Positions 49,144 to 58,657 of a DNA stretch of 64,000 nt are shown one piece after another. The notes below the pieces were generated by a model that was not told where the DNA came from, did no database searches, and saw only the letters and a list, made by a program, of their open reading frames with translations. Numbering within the stretch: the stretch's first letter is position 1; every line of letters starts with the position of its first letter. Location: assembly GCA_031261285.1 (NCBI GenBank), contig JAISKM010000087.1, forward strand, positions 4,516 through 68,515. Reading direction: 5' to 3'. A program made the position numbers and the translations under genes. This DNA comes from Candidatus Symbiothrix sp. (lineage in GTDB: Bacteria > Bacteroidota > Bacteroidia > Bacteroidales > Azobacteroidaceae).

Positions 49144-50160
49144 ATGGAAAATAATTTATTGCAATATTTATTAGTAACAATCATCCTCTTCGCAGGGATG
49201 CTCCTGTACTTCAAACTTGCTGATAAATACAACATCATCGACAAGCCCAACGAACGGAGTTCGCACAACTATATCACGTTGCGCGGCGGCGGCATCGTGT
49301 TTTGGCTGGCAGGCGTGCTTTATGCCGCATTTAACTTGCCCGAAAGCCTCTATTTTCTCATTGGGCTGACGCTCATTTGCGGTGTCAGTTTTTGGGACGA
49401 TGTGTCGTCGTTGCCTAATAAAGTCCGCATAGTGATTCATTTTCTGTCTATCTCGCTGGTATTCTATGGGTTAGGACTGTTTGTATTGTTGCCTTGGTGG
49501 CTGATAGTGATCGCCTACATCTTTTTCGTCGGCATCATGAATGCCTACAATTTTATGGATGGTATCAATGGCATGATCGGATTGTACAGTTTGGTGGTGT
49601 TAATCGCGCTCCAGTATGTTAATTATCAGGAGGCATTTCATTGCGGGCACCCACAAGGGATGCCCCTACGCCTGCAATCCCCTGCCATTAATCCTGATTT
49701 CATTAATTACGCCATCCTCGCTTGCATCGTCTTTCTCTTTTTCAATTTCCGAAAGCGTGCCAAATGTTTTGCCGGCGATATAGGTGCTTTGGGTCTCGCT
49801 TTTTGGATGGTTACTTTGTTGATACAGTTGATGTTAGCAACCAATTCTGTCATTTGGATTTTGTTTTTGGCAGTTTACGGCGTCGACACTGTTTGCACGA
49901 TTTTACATCGTTTATACTTGAAACAGAATATTTTTCAAGCGCACCGTTTGCATTTTTATCAGATATTAGTCAACGAACGGAAACAGTCGCACCTGACAGT
50001 GGCTGCGGGTTATGCAGGCGTTCAGTTACTCATTTGTGGTATCGTCATTTATGCGTATGAATGCGGTAACGAAATCGAACAATGGTGCATTGGAGCAGCG
50101 ATTATTATGGTATTATTGCTTGTTTATTTATTGAAATTCAAAAAAACAGATGAAAAATAG
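49144..50160 (+). CDS. MraY/WecA-family undecaprenyl-phosphate sugar-1-phosphate transferase
   Basis: DKPNERSSH, FWDD, NAYNFMDGING and FAGDIG motifs. Confidence 0.9.
   Translation: MENNLLQYLLVTIILFAGMLLYFKLADKYNIIDKPNERSSHNYITLRGGGIVFWLAGVLYAAFNLPESLYFLIGLTLICGVSFWDDVSSLPNKVRIVIHFLSISLVFYGLGLFVLLPWWLIVIAYIFFVGIMNAYNFMDGINGMIGLYSLVVLIALQYVNYQEAFHCGHPQGMPLRLQSPAINPDFINYAILACIVFLFFNFRKRAKCFAGDIGALGLAFWMVTLLIQLMLATNSVIWILFLAVYGVDTVCTILHRLYLKQNIFQAHRLHFYQILVNERKQSHLTVAAGYAGVQLLICGIVIYAYECGNEIEQWCIGAAIIMVLLLVYLLKFKKTDEK
49643..49669 (-). repeat. In-frame GTAG-type REP in the WecA-like gene (opposite orientation)
   Basis: Reverse complement gtaggggcatcccttgtgggtgcccgc; encodes CGHPQGMPL. Confidence 0.82.
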
Positions 50161-51337
50161 CCGTATCTATCTCTCTTTGGCACATATAGGTGGTCGCGAA
50201 CAAGAATTTATTCAACAAGCGTTCGACACCAATTGGGTCGTACCTATGGGACCCAATGTGAGCGGTTTTGAACAGGATTTAGTGCAGTTTTTGGGCAACG
50301 ACGCACAAGTCTCGGCGTTGTCTTCGGGTACTGCTGCCTTGCATCTTGGACTGATTTTGTTGGATGTAAAACCCGACGATGAGGTTCTTTGTCAAAGTTT
50401 CACTTTCGCAGCCTCCGCCAATCCAATCGTTTATTTGGGTGCTAAACCCGTATTCGTGGACAGTGAACGCGATACCTGGAATCTATCGCCCGAACACTTG
50501 GAACGCGCCATTCAAGACCGAATCGCCAAAGGCAAAACCCCTAAAGCAATCATCGTTGTGCATGCCTATGGCATGCCGGCGAAAATGGATGAAATCCGAA
50601 CGATTGCCAATCGCCACAAAATACCTCTGTTAGAAGATGCAGCGTCGGCTTTAGGCTCGACTTACAAGGGTATTCATTGCGGCACCTTGGGCGAATTGGC
50701 AGCCTTGTCGTTCAATGGCAATAAAATTATTACCACATCGGGTGGTGGTGCGTTGGTGGCTACCCATCAGAGGATTGCGTGTAAAATTGTAGGGCAATGC
50801 CCGCAACGCAATGACGGCAATCTAATTAAAAAAGCACGCTTTCTGGCAACTCAAGCGCGGGATGCCGCACCGCATTACCAACATTCTCAAATTGGCTACA
50901 ACTACCGCATGAGCAATATAGTGGCAGGAATCGGACGTGGACAAATGTTAGTGCTGCCCGAACGAATTGCCCAACGCCGGGCAAATAACCAATTCTATCG
51001 AAAGCATTTAGCCGGCATTGAGGGCATCACATTCCAAACAGAACCCAATTCAGACTTTTATTCCAACTATTGGCTGACATCCATTCTGATTGACCCCGAA
51101 AAAACAAACGGCATCACTCGCGAAACCCTGCGCCTCGCCTTAGAAGCCGCCAACATCGAATCACGCCCCCTCTGGAAACCGATGCACCTGCAACCCATCT
51201 TTGCCGATTGCCCCTTTTACGGCGACGGTACCGGCGAAGACCTCTTCAACAAAGGTCTCTGCCTCCCCTCCGGCTCTATCCTCACCGAACAAGATTTGCA
51301 ACGTGTAGTAAAAGTAATCAAACAAATACTTGTATAA
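50150..51337 (+). CDS. DegT-family aminotransferase (PglE/EpsN-like)
   Basis: LSSGTAALHL, EDAASALG, SFNGNKIITTSGGG and GYNYRMSN motifs. Confidence 0.9.
   Translation: MKNSRIYLSLAHIGGREQEFIQQAFDTNWVVPMGPNVSGFEQDLVQFLGNDAQVSALSSGTAALHLGLILLDVKPDDEVLCQSFTFAASANPIVYLGAKPVFVDSERDTWNLSPEHLERAIQDRIAKGKTPKAIIVVHAYGMPAKMDEIRTIANRHKIPLLEDAASALGSTYKGIHCGTLGELAALSFNGNKIITTSGGGALVATHQRIACKIVGQCPQRNDGNLIKKARFLATQARDAAPHYQHSQIGYNYRMSNIVAGIGRGQMLVLPERIAQRRANNQFYRKHLAGIEGITFQTEPNSDFYSNYWLTSILIDPEKTNGITRETLRLALEAANIESRPLWKPMHLQPIFADCPFYGDGTGEDLFNKGLCLPSGSILTEQDLQRVVKVIKQILV
50772..50815 (+). repeat. In-frame CGTC-type REP in the PglE-like gene
   Basis: ggattgcg...cgcaatgac with an inner insert; encodes RIACKIVGQCPQRND. 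Confidence 0.7.
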
Positions 51338-51377
51338 TTCAAAAAAAACATATACCTTTGCGAAAAAGAAATAGGTT

Positions 51378-51674
51378 ATGAAACAAGCAACAGTTAATAA
51401 ATTGCAGAATTTTTTTACCATGCAGCCTGTTGAAAAAGCATGGGTGTTTGGTTCTTATTCGCGAGGAGAAGAAACGCGCAAAAGTGATATTGATATTCTT
51501 GTGCGATTTAACCGCGAAGCTCATATTTCTTTATTTGATTATGTAAGAATTATGCACTCGCTTGAGGATGTATTGCACAAAAAAGTAGATTTGGTACAGG
51601 AAGGGAGTCTGAAAAATTTTGCTCAAGAATCGGTAGACCGTGATAAAATTTTAGTTTATGAGAGAGAAAATTAG
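51378..51674 (+). CDS. MNT (minimal nucleotidyltransferase) antitoxin
   Basis: FGSYSRGE...SDIDILV and KKVDLV motifs; -7 box at 51353-51360. Confidence 0.88.
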   Translation: MKQATVNKLQNFFTMQPVEKAWVFGSYSRGEETRKSDIDILVRFNREAHISLFDYVRIMHSLEDVLHKKVDLVQEGSLKNFAQESVDRDKILVYEREN

Positions 51675-52005
51675 AGACAAAGGGCGATTAGAGCATATTC
51701 TTGAGGCGATTGAAAACGTTTTTGAATTTATGGCAGGAGTGAGTTTTGAAGAATATCAGTCAAATAAAATGCTGCGTTTTGCCGTTGTCAAAAATTTGGA
51801 AATTATAGGAGAAGCAAGTTATCATTTGACCCCTAATTTGAAAGATAACTCTCCTGAAATTGAATGGAGGGTTATCATAGGTATGCGTCATGTTTTGGTA
51901 CATGATTATTTTCTTATCGGAGATGAGGTGGTTTGGAATGTTGTTCAAAAAGACCTCCTACCGCTAAAAGAAAATATAAGCCTTTTGTTGGATACAATAG
52001 ATTAA
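51658..52005 (+). CDS. HEPN/DUF86 (HepT-like) ribonuclease toxin
   Basis: LEIIGEA and MRHVLVHDY (R-X4-H-X-Y) motifs. Confidence 0.88.
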   Translation: MREKIRDKGRLEHILEAIENVFEFMAGVSFEEYQSNKMLRFAVVKNLEIIGEASYHLTPNLKDNSPEIEWRVIIGMRHVLVHDYFLIGDEVVWNVVQKDLLPLKENISLLLDTID

Positions 52006-52010
52006 ATTCA

Positions 52011-52613
52011 ATGTACCCCCACTATCTCAAATGTCCCCTCGATTTCATTCTGTCCCTCGCGGGTCTAATCCTCCTGTCACCTCTCGTTCTACTCATCACG
52101 ATCTTCCTATTTTTTGCCAATCAAGGCAAGCCTTTCTTCACACAAATGCGTCCGGGCAAAGACGAAAAAAGATTCAAAGTCATCAAATTTAAGACGATGA
52201 ACGACAAAACAGATGCTGACGGAAATCTATTGCCCGATTTTGAACGCCTGACGCCCATCGGTCGCTTTATCCGAAAAACGTCTTTGGACGAAATTCCCCA
52301 ACTCATCAACGTCCTGAAAGGCGATATGTCGCTCGTGGGACCGCGTCCACTATTGGTCGAATACCTCCCATTGTACAACGAAACGCAAAAACGACGTCAC
52401 ACCGTGCGCCCCGGCATCACAGGCTGGGCACAAATAAACGGGCGCAACGCCATCTCTTGGCAACAAAAATTTGATTATGACGTCTGGTACGTCGATCATC
52501 TGTCGCTGGCATTAGATGCAAAAATCCTCTACCTAACCATCCTGAAAGTCTTTCAATCGGAAGGCATCAATGCCTCCGACCAAACTACAATGGACAAATT
52601 CGCCGGGAAATAA
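52011..52613 (+). CDS. PglC-like bacterial sugar transferase
   Basis: KFKTM, RKTSLDEIPQ, GDMSLVGPRP and RPGITGWAQ motifs. Confidence 0.9.
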   Translation: MYPHYLKCPLDFILSLAGLILLSPLVLLITIFLFFANQGKPFFTQMRPGKDEKRFKVIKFKTMNDKTDADGNLLPDFERLTPIGRFIRKTSLDEIPQLINVLKGDMSLVGPRPLLVEYLPLYNETQKRRHTVRPGITGWAQINGRNAISWQQKFDYDVWYVDHLSLALDAKILYLTILKVFQSEGINASDQTTMDKFAGK

Positions 52614-52679
52614 AATCTTTTCAATTGTAGCAAAAAATCTCGTTTTTATTTGTTTATTCAAAAAAATGTTGTACCTTCG

Positions 52680-52760
52680 TGCTGTCGGGACTGCGTGTTC
52701 GGGCAATGCCACAGCGGTGATACTTCGGTATTGTCGCTGTGATGATTTTAAACCTTTCCT
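52680..52760 (+). ncRNA. Candidate small RNA
   Basis: TTTG (52649)-19 nt-TACCTTCG (52672) promoter; 14-bp hairpin 52710-52741 with cUUCGg loop and G-U pairs that work only on the + strand. Confidence 0.35.
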
Positions 52761-52890
52761 TCTTTGATAAATGCACTCATGGCTCTCAAATTGCCTTCCG
52801 TTTCACCGGATCCGTGCATCACATTAATGTTGATTTTCGGATTTTTAGCAAATATGATGTACCATGAGCGCATAGTGTTCAGTTCAGACT

Positions 52891-53865
52891 TTACTTCACA
52901 ACCACCGGCTTCTTAAACTGCTGCACATTGCCCAGCGAATCAAATGCTTCCATGTAGAGGATGTAAACGCCGGAGCGAAGATTGCTGCCGAAACTGCGAT
53001 AAATCACGCCGCTGCTGCTCAAAACTTCATTGTTAAGCACCGTTTCCACTCTCCTTCCCATCAAATCATAGATCAACAGTCGACAATTGTAGCCCGCTCG
53101 ATCTAATTGGTAGTGAATCCCGTACTGATCGCTTCCAAGCGCCGGATATTCAATTCGCAACGCATTGGGGTTGTCTAACGGATCAATGCCCGTAGGCGCA
53201 TCCGGATCCAATGTTTGCACCACAAAATCATCGAATGAAAAAGCTGTGGCATTTGACTTCGTGGCATAACAAACAATACCAAACCAATTGTCTGTCGCAG
53301 GAATATCCTGAATAACACAAGTGCCTTCCGTCGTAAAGGATTCTTCTCCTTCCAAGCGCGAATAGAGTGTAAAGTTGCCCAAATAATCCCATGTCGCTCG
53401 AATATCTACGGACACAGAACTCATTTTTACACGATCTTTTGCACCTGTAATCAAAGATTTGTTACTTTTACCCTTCAAGGCTTGCCATAAACTAATCTGA
53501 TCATCGGAAGATCCGCCGATACGAACGAACAATCCGTTGGGATCAAGCAAATCTTCTTCTTCACTCAGTAAAAAGATACGCAAATAATTACTCGTGGATG
53601 GATCAAAATTCATTTTTACGGAAAATGACCATTCACCGTTTCGGGCTACACTTGTTGGCGTTCGTAATTGGGCAATTACGTCTGCTTTCTTGGAGCCGTT
53701 TAGCTGCAATCGACCGTCATTGACTGCAAACGAATCGACATCACCTGTCCAGTTAACACTTCGATCCGTGCCCGTGAAGGCACCATCGTTGAAATTCTCA
53801 GTAAACTGAGCACTCGCAATCATTGATTGCATGAACACACACAAAAACAAACTAATTTTCTTCAT
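52891..53865 (-). CDS. Secreted hypothetical protein with T9SS-like C-terminal domain
   Basis: Signal peptide (ASA-Q); C-terminal IYDLMGR...GVYILYMEA...KKPVVVK. Confidence 0.7.
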   Translation of the reverse strand: MKKISLFLCVFMQSMIASAQFTENFNDGAFTGTDRSVNWTGDVDSFAVNDGRLQLNGSKKADVIAQLRTPTSVARNGEWSFSVKMNFDPSTSNYLRIFLLSEEEDLLDPNGLFVRIGGSSDDQISLWQALKGKSNKSLITGAKDRVKMSSVSVDIRATWDYLGNFTLYSRLEGEESFTTEGTCVIQDIPATDNWFGIVCYATKSNATAFSFDDFVVQTLDPDAPTGIDPLDNPNALRIEYPALGSDQYGIHYQLDRAGYNCRLLIYDLMGRRVETVLNNEVLSSSGVIYRSFGSNLRSGVYILYMEAFDSLGNVQQFKKPVVVK

Positions 53866-54068
53866 GATGAAAAAATTGTTTTAGTTATTTATTATTCGTA
53901 CTTTTGCAGGCTCAAACCCTGCGTTGTTTGTGGAATTATATAAGAAAAGGCATTTGTAGGTTTGGTCACTACATTTGCATTTGGTTTGCAATTCCTTTGC
54001 AAAGGTAAGTGGTTTTTTTGAGATACACAAGAAAAAAGCAAACTATTTTTAATAAAATTTGAAAAAAA

Positions 54069-55085
54069 ATGAAAGTGGCTATTGTTGGCGCAAGTGGTGC
54101 AGTCGGTCAAGAATTTTTACGCGTGCTGGACGAACGGAATTTTCCAATAGACGAATTACTCCTTTTTGGGTCATCTCGCAGTGCAGGAACAACGTATAAA
54201 TTTCGTGAAAAAGATATTGTGGTTAAAGAACTCAAACACGGCGATGATTTCAAGGGGGTAGATATTGCCTTTACGTCGGCCGGAGCAGGCACTTCCAAAG
54301 AATTTGCCGAAGATATTACCAAATACGGTGCGGTGATGATCGACAATTCCAGTGCATTTCGCATGGATGCCGGTGTGCCTTTGGTGGTGCCGGAAGTGAA
54401 TGCCGCTGATGCAAAAAACCGTCCGCGGGGCATCATTGCTAACCCCAATTGCACCACAATTCAGATGGTGGTGGCATTGAAACCGTTAGAAGAACTGTCG
54501 CACATCAAGCGTGTCCATGTTTCAACGTATCAAGCAGCGTCCGGTGCCGGTGCGGCTGCTATGGCAGAATTAGAAAATCAATACAGGCAAATCGTGAATG
54601 GCGAAACACCGACCGTAGAAAAATTTGCGTATCAATTGGCCTACAATTTAATTCCTCAGGTAGACGTATTCACCGACAATGGCTATACCAAAGAAGAAAT
54701 GAAAATGTATCACGAAACGCGTAAAATCATGCACTCCGATGTGGAAGTGAGCGCGATGTGCGTGCGTGTGCCCTCGTTGCGTGCCCATTCCGAAGCCGTT
54801 TGGGTGGAAACGGAACGTCCGATTTCTGTGGACGAAGCACGTGCGGCTTTTGAAGCTGCCGAAGGCGTGATTGTATACGATAATCCCGAAAAGAAAGAAT
54901 ACCCGATGCCGTTGTTCCTGGCGGGAAAAGATCCGGTGTATGTGGGACGTATCCGCAAAGACATTTCCAATCCTCACGGCTTCTCATTCTGGTGTGTGAG
55001 CGATCAAATCAAAAAAGGCGCCGCGCTCAATGCCGTTCAAATCGCTGAATACCTCATTAAAGAAGAATTAAAAATTAAAAATTAA
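54069..55085 (+). CDS. asd: Aspartate-semialdehyde dehydrogenase
   Basis: [23 protein letters not shown] and [10 protein letters not shown] motifs. Confidence 0.96.
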   Translation: MKVAIVGASGAVGQEFLRVLDERNFPIDELLLFGSSRSAGTTYKFREKDIVVKELKHGDDFKGVDIAFTSAGAGTSKEFAEDITKYGAVMIDNSSAFRMDAGVPLVVPEVNAADAKNRPRGIIANPNCTTIQMVVALKPLEELSHIKRVHVSTYQAASGAGAAAMAELENQYRQIVNGETPTVEKFAYQLAYNLIPQVDVFTDNGYTKEEMKMYHETRKIMHSDVEVSAMCVRVPSLRAHSEAVWVETERPISVDEARAAFEAAEGVIVYDNPEKKEYPMPLFLAGKDPVYVGRIRKDISNPHGFSFWCVSDQIKKGAALNAVQIAEYLIKEELKIKN

Positions 55086-55148
55086 AAATTACGAAAAATA
55101 ATAAACGTTGTTTCGTAATTCGTAATTTTTAATTTTTAATTTTTAATT
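55066..55148. terminator. Heptamer-built inverted repeat between convergent genes (probable bidirectional terminator)
   Basis: (aaaatta)n-cgaa ... ttcg-(taatttt)n. Confidence 0.6.
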
Positions 55149-56421
55149 ATTGGGGGTAACACCCCATATAGCCTCCGTCAGGCAACAAAGCGGGGGAATC
55201 GTCTTGCAAGCGGAAATCGTAAATGAATTCCGCTTTGTTTTTGTCCTCCGACTGAATGATGCGAAATTTCGGGTCTTCTTCGGTCATGCAATGGATGATC
55301 GTAGCGTTGTCCATTTGGGACGTTGAATTACCATTTGCGCCCCAAATAATAGAATAATTAAATTCTGCTTGCGTATCCTCGCTCAAAAAAACGGTCGCGT
55401 CTTTGGTGTTGCCCCAACCGTATTCCGCTTTTCCGTTGAAATAGTAATTTGCTAACGTACAATGAATGAACGAGTAGTATCCGCCGTTCAACGATACTAA
55501 TCCGTCCTTGGCATTACTCAATTCGCACTGTTCAAAGAATATCCGGCAATCGTTGGCAGAAGTTAGCATTCCCTTAAAATTGGTCACCACCGTGTTGTGC
55601 ATCGACAATTTCAGAAAAGCAGGATCGGACGGTGCGAAAAATAGTCCGGTAGAGCCGTTCCGTATCCGGGCGTGCTCAATCACATTGTCGTAACTGTCTG
55701 CATCAAACTGAATGCCACCCCACTGTCCCGGAATACGGTCGTAGGGAATACCCACCATTTGGTCGAAGCGATCGCCCCGAATAATGACCGGATTTTCGGC
55801 CGTCCCCGATACGATGAGCGTGCCGTGAACAATGATGTTGGCGTTAGCATGCATATATAAACGTGCGCCTGCCGGAATTGTCAATGTTGCGCCTGCCTGC
55901 ACCACCAAACTATCATATATCAGGTAAGGCTTTATACGATTGAGCGTGCTGTCTACTGTGACAAAAATCGCGTCCCGAATCTCAGCATCTTGCGCAACAG
56001 CCTGCAGCACAACAGATTGCTTCACGCCATTGGTCACAAACACGATGTGGTCAATGATTTCAGCCGGAATATCCGATTGATTTTCAGACGGTTGCGCCTC
56101 CACCAAAATATAAAGGCTATCTTTTGATAGAATTTCAATATCCGAAAACGAATTGCCCGCTCGTCCGTCCACATTAATCTTAAAATTATCACCATTTTCA
56201 AGCGTAATCGACGAAATCAGCAAATCTTTTTTTGAAGGATTGTAAATCGTAAATGCCGCAAAAGGCGTCCGAACCGTCGACACAACAGTATCAAACGCCA
56301 CCGTGTCTGTTGAAAAAGTCAACACATCACCGGGACTATAAGAATAGTCTTCAAAGCCATCGCTGCAAGCCGCAAAAATCGCAGCCAGCGCAATAAAGAG
56401 TACAAAACGTAATCTACCCAT
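55147..56421 (-). CDS. Hypothetical lipoprotein with Ig-like and beta-helix regions
   Basis: Lipobox FAAC; LTFSTDTVAFDT, PGQWGGI and DFRLQDDSPA motifs. Confidence 0.75.
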   Translation of the reverse strand: MGRLRFVLFIALAAIFAACSDGFEDYSYSPGDVLTFSTDTVAFDTVVSTVRTPFAAFTIYNPSKKDLLISSITLENGDNFKINVDGRAGNSFSDIEILSKDSLYILVEAQPSENQSDIPAEIIDHIVFVTNGVKQSVVLQAVAQDAEIRDAIFVTVDSTLNRIKPYLIYDSLVVQAGATLTIPAGARLYMHANANIIVHGTLIVSGTAENPVIIRGDRFDQMVGIPYDRIPGQWGGIQFDADSYDNVIEHARIRNGSTGLFFAPSDPAFLKLSMHNTVVTNFKGMLTSANDCRIFFEQCELSNAKDGLVSLNGGYYSFIHCTLANYYFNGKAEYGWGNTKDATVFLSEDTQAEFNYSIIWGANGNSTSQMDNATIIHCMTEEDPKFRIIQSEDKNKAEFIYDFRLQDDSPALLPDGGYMGCYPQ

Positions 56422-56746
56422 ACATATATGAACGTAGAAAAGTCAATTTTATTTTGCAAGCACTTCTCTTTTACCTGGAAATTAAACCAAATGCTGCCAC
56501 AAAAGAGCCTTGTCCTGCGGCGTTGGTAGTATGATTGATACTCATTAGATAAAAAATTATCACCCACATCAACGTTATAGAGCCATATTGCGATATATTT
56601 GCCCCGAAAAGGATTTTTTATGTTGTTAAACATATTTATTTTTTTGTTTTTTTTATAATTATTTCACTATCTTTGTCCCCAAGTTCAGCACAGTGCAGGA
56701 CAGGATAGTAAAATTCGATAAATATAAATTTAAAATATTATATATC

Positions 56747-58582
56747 ATGAAAAAGAATCACTTTTTAGTTTTAGCAGCGATGTTTGCAGTCTTTACTGTA
56801 AAAGCGCAGATGAATTTCAAAGATAGTGAATCGAACTATCTTCAGGCTGGAGTTGTGAAGACTATTCTCCAAGAAAATCCGGATGATGCTGCGAAGCCGC
56901 TCATTTCATTCCTTTGGAATTTTAACACAAACAAAGCGATTACCGCGATGGAAAATCCGGACAAACCCGGTTATTTGGGAACCCCTCAAAAAGCATCCAC
57001 CCGTAGAGGATGGCGTGGTGTAGCATTAAACGAATATGGCAAAGAAGTTGGTTATAATAACGATAATGTGGGTAGATGTAACAACTATCAAGCAGGTGGC
57101 GATCCGGTTCATTTTGCCGACGTAAATGCTCTAAAGGCCTATGTAAGTTCTTCTTTGAAATATTCGGATGAAGTAGGAAAAGAATCAATGAACAACGCTA
57201 TTGATACGGCTGCTGTGTGTGTCTTTGACATGCCGGAAGGTGGTGCCGCTTGGGCGGTATATCCCGGTAAATACAAAAAAGTGGATACGCGCTGGGGTTA
57301 TAATTTTGCTAATTCTACGGTAACTTCCGATATCGAATTTGATTTATGTACTTACGATCCGGGTAATACGGGAAAAACGGCTGCTTATAAATTGGTTGTA
57401 ACTATCGTTGACGGAACAAAAGCCGGTCAGGATTTCAGAAATATCAGCGGTAACGCAGCCAATACAGGTGTGGATAAAACAGACAGTGCTTCGGTATATG
57501 GAAGTGCAGGAACATTGATCGATGGCGTTAGACGTTATGAATTTGCAAATCTCTTCACATCAAGTGCTACTCCTTTCACCGATAAAGTGCAGGTCAAAGT
57601 GGCTCAATTGTGTGGATTACAACCTTCCGATTTTACTGCTAAAAAGATTTTGATTGCATTGATTACCGAAGGCACCGGCGATCCTATCACTCCGGGCAAA
57701 TACGATCCGGTAGTTGCTTTGGATAATGTAAAAGTAGAATTTTGGTTAGAAACATTGACTCCTCCTGCTACAGTGTCTGACACGTGGTTAGCTCCTCTGG
57801 GTTCAGTGGATGGCGATTTGATTGATGTTGCCAAAGGAGGTACGATTGCTGAGATAGAAGGTGTTACAATAGTAAGCGGCTTTGATACAAATGTGAAAAA
57901 TAAAAGTGATGATTCTGCTCCGGCAGTAACTTTTAATCACATTACATATCAACCCAAATCGATAGTACAATCCGATGGCGCAAATGGACAACCTATTATT
58001 ATGGCAGTAACTAAAACCGGATTCTTGGATGTAGCCGGTAAAATGAGTGATGGCAAGAAAACCTATGTGTTTGAAACGGAAACCCCATTAGCAACTCTGG
58101 TTACTTATACAACTAAAAACGGTGGCGATATTATTGACAAAACTACTCCTACCGTTATGGCTGTTGGTGTGAAAGCAGACGGTAGCCCAATGGGAACAAT
58201 CCCCACACAAGAATGGAATGCCACTGTTGCTATCAATACTACAGGTGCTAATGCTTATGTAGTGATGTCATTCCCTGTTACGGCAGGTAAAAACTATGTA
58301 GTAGGCGTTGACGGCTCAAAAATGCAGTTGGTAGGTGCTCATTTCGGCACAAGTGCTCCCACCGCTATAAGTACTATAAAAGCAGCCGCTTCTTCCACCA
58401 AAGTAATCGGAGAAAAAGGACAAATCGAAATTATCGGAGCACAAGCACCCGTAAGCATCTATAACATCACCGGTCAAAAAGTCGCGACTGTTGATCAAGG
58501 AGTTCAAGTGGTTTCAGTTCCTGCCGGCGTTTATTTGGTTGTAGAACAAAATCAACGAACAGTGAAAGTAATTGTAAAATAA
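56747..58582 (+). CDS. T9SS-secreted protein of unknown function
   Basis: Signal peptide (VKA-Q); CTD VSIYNITGQ...AGVYLV...VKVIVK; -7 box at 56668-56675. Confidence 0.8.
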   Translation: MKKNHFLVLAAMFAVFTVKAQMNFKDSESNYLQAGVVKTILQENPDDAAKPLISFLWNFNTNKAITAMENPDKPGYLGTPQKASTRRGWRGVALNEYGKEVGYNNDNVGRCNNYQAGGDPVHFADVNALKAYVSSSLKYSDEVGKESMNNAIDTAAVCVFDMPEGGAAWAVYPGKYKKVDTRWGYNFANSTVTSDIEFDLCTYDPGNTGKTAAYKLVVTIVDGTKAGQDFRNISGNAANTGVDKTDSASVYGSAGTLIDGVRRYEFANLFTSSATPFTDKVQVKVAQLCGLQPSDFTAKKILIALITEGTGDPITPGKYDPVVALDNVKVEFWLETLTPPATVSDTWLAPLGSVDGDLIDVAKGGTIAEIEGVTIVSGFDTNVKNKSDDSAPAVTFNHITYQPKSIVQSDGANGQPIIMAVTKTGFLDVAGKMSDGKKTYVFETETPLATLVTYTTKNGGDIIDKTTPTVMAVGVKADGSPMGTIPTQEWNATVAINTTGANAYVVMSFPVTAGKNYVVGVDGSKMQLVGAHFGTSAPTAISTIKAAASSTKVIGEKGQIEIIGAQAPVSIYNITGQKVATVDQGVQVVSVPAGVYLVVEQNQRTVKVIVK

Positions 58583-58657
58583 TAAGTTTTGGCTGGGCTG
58601 ATTCACAGCATGGTGGCTCGGGTACATTCGATCCTTTGGCTGAATAACCGGTTTAAA

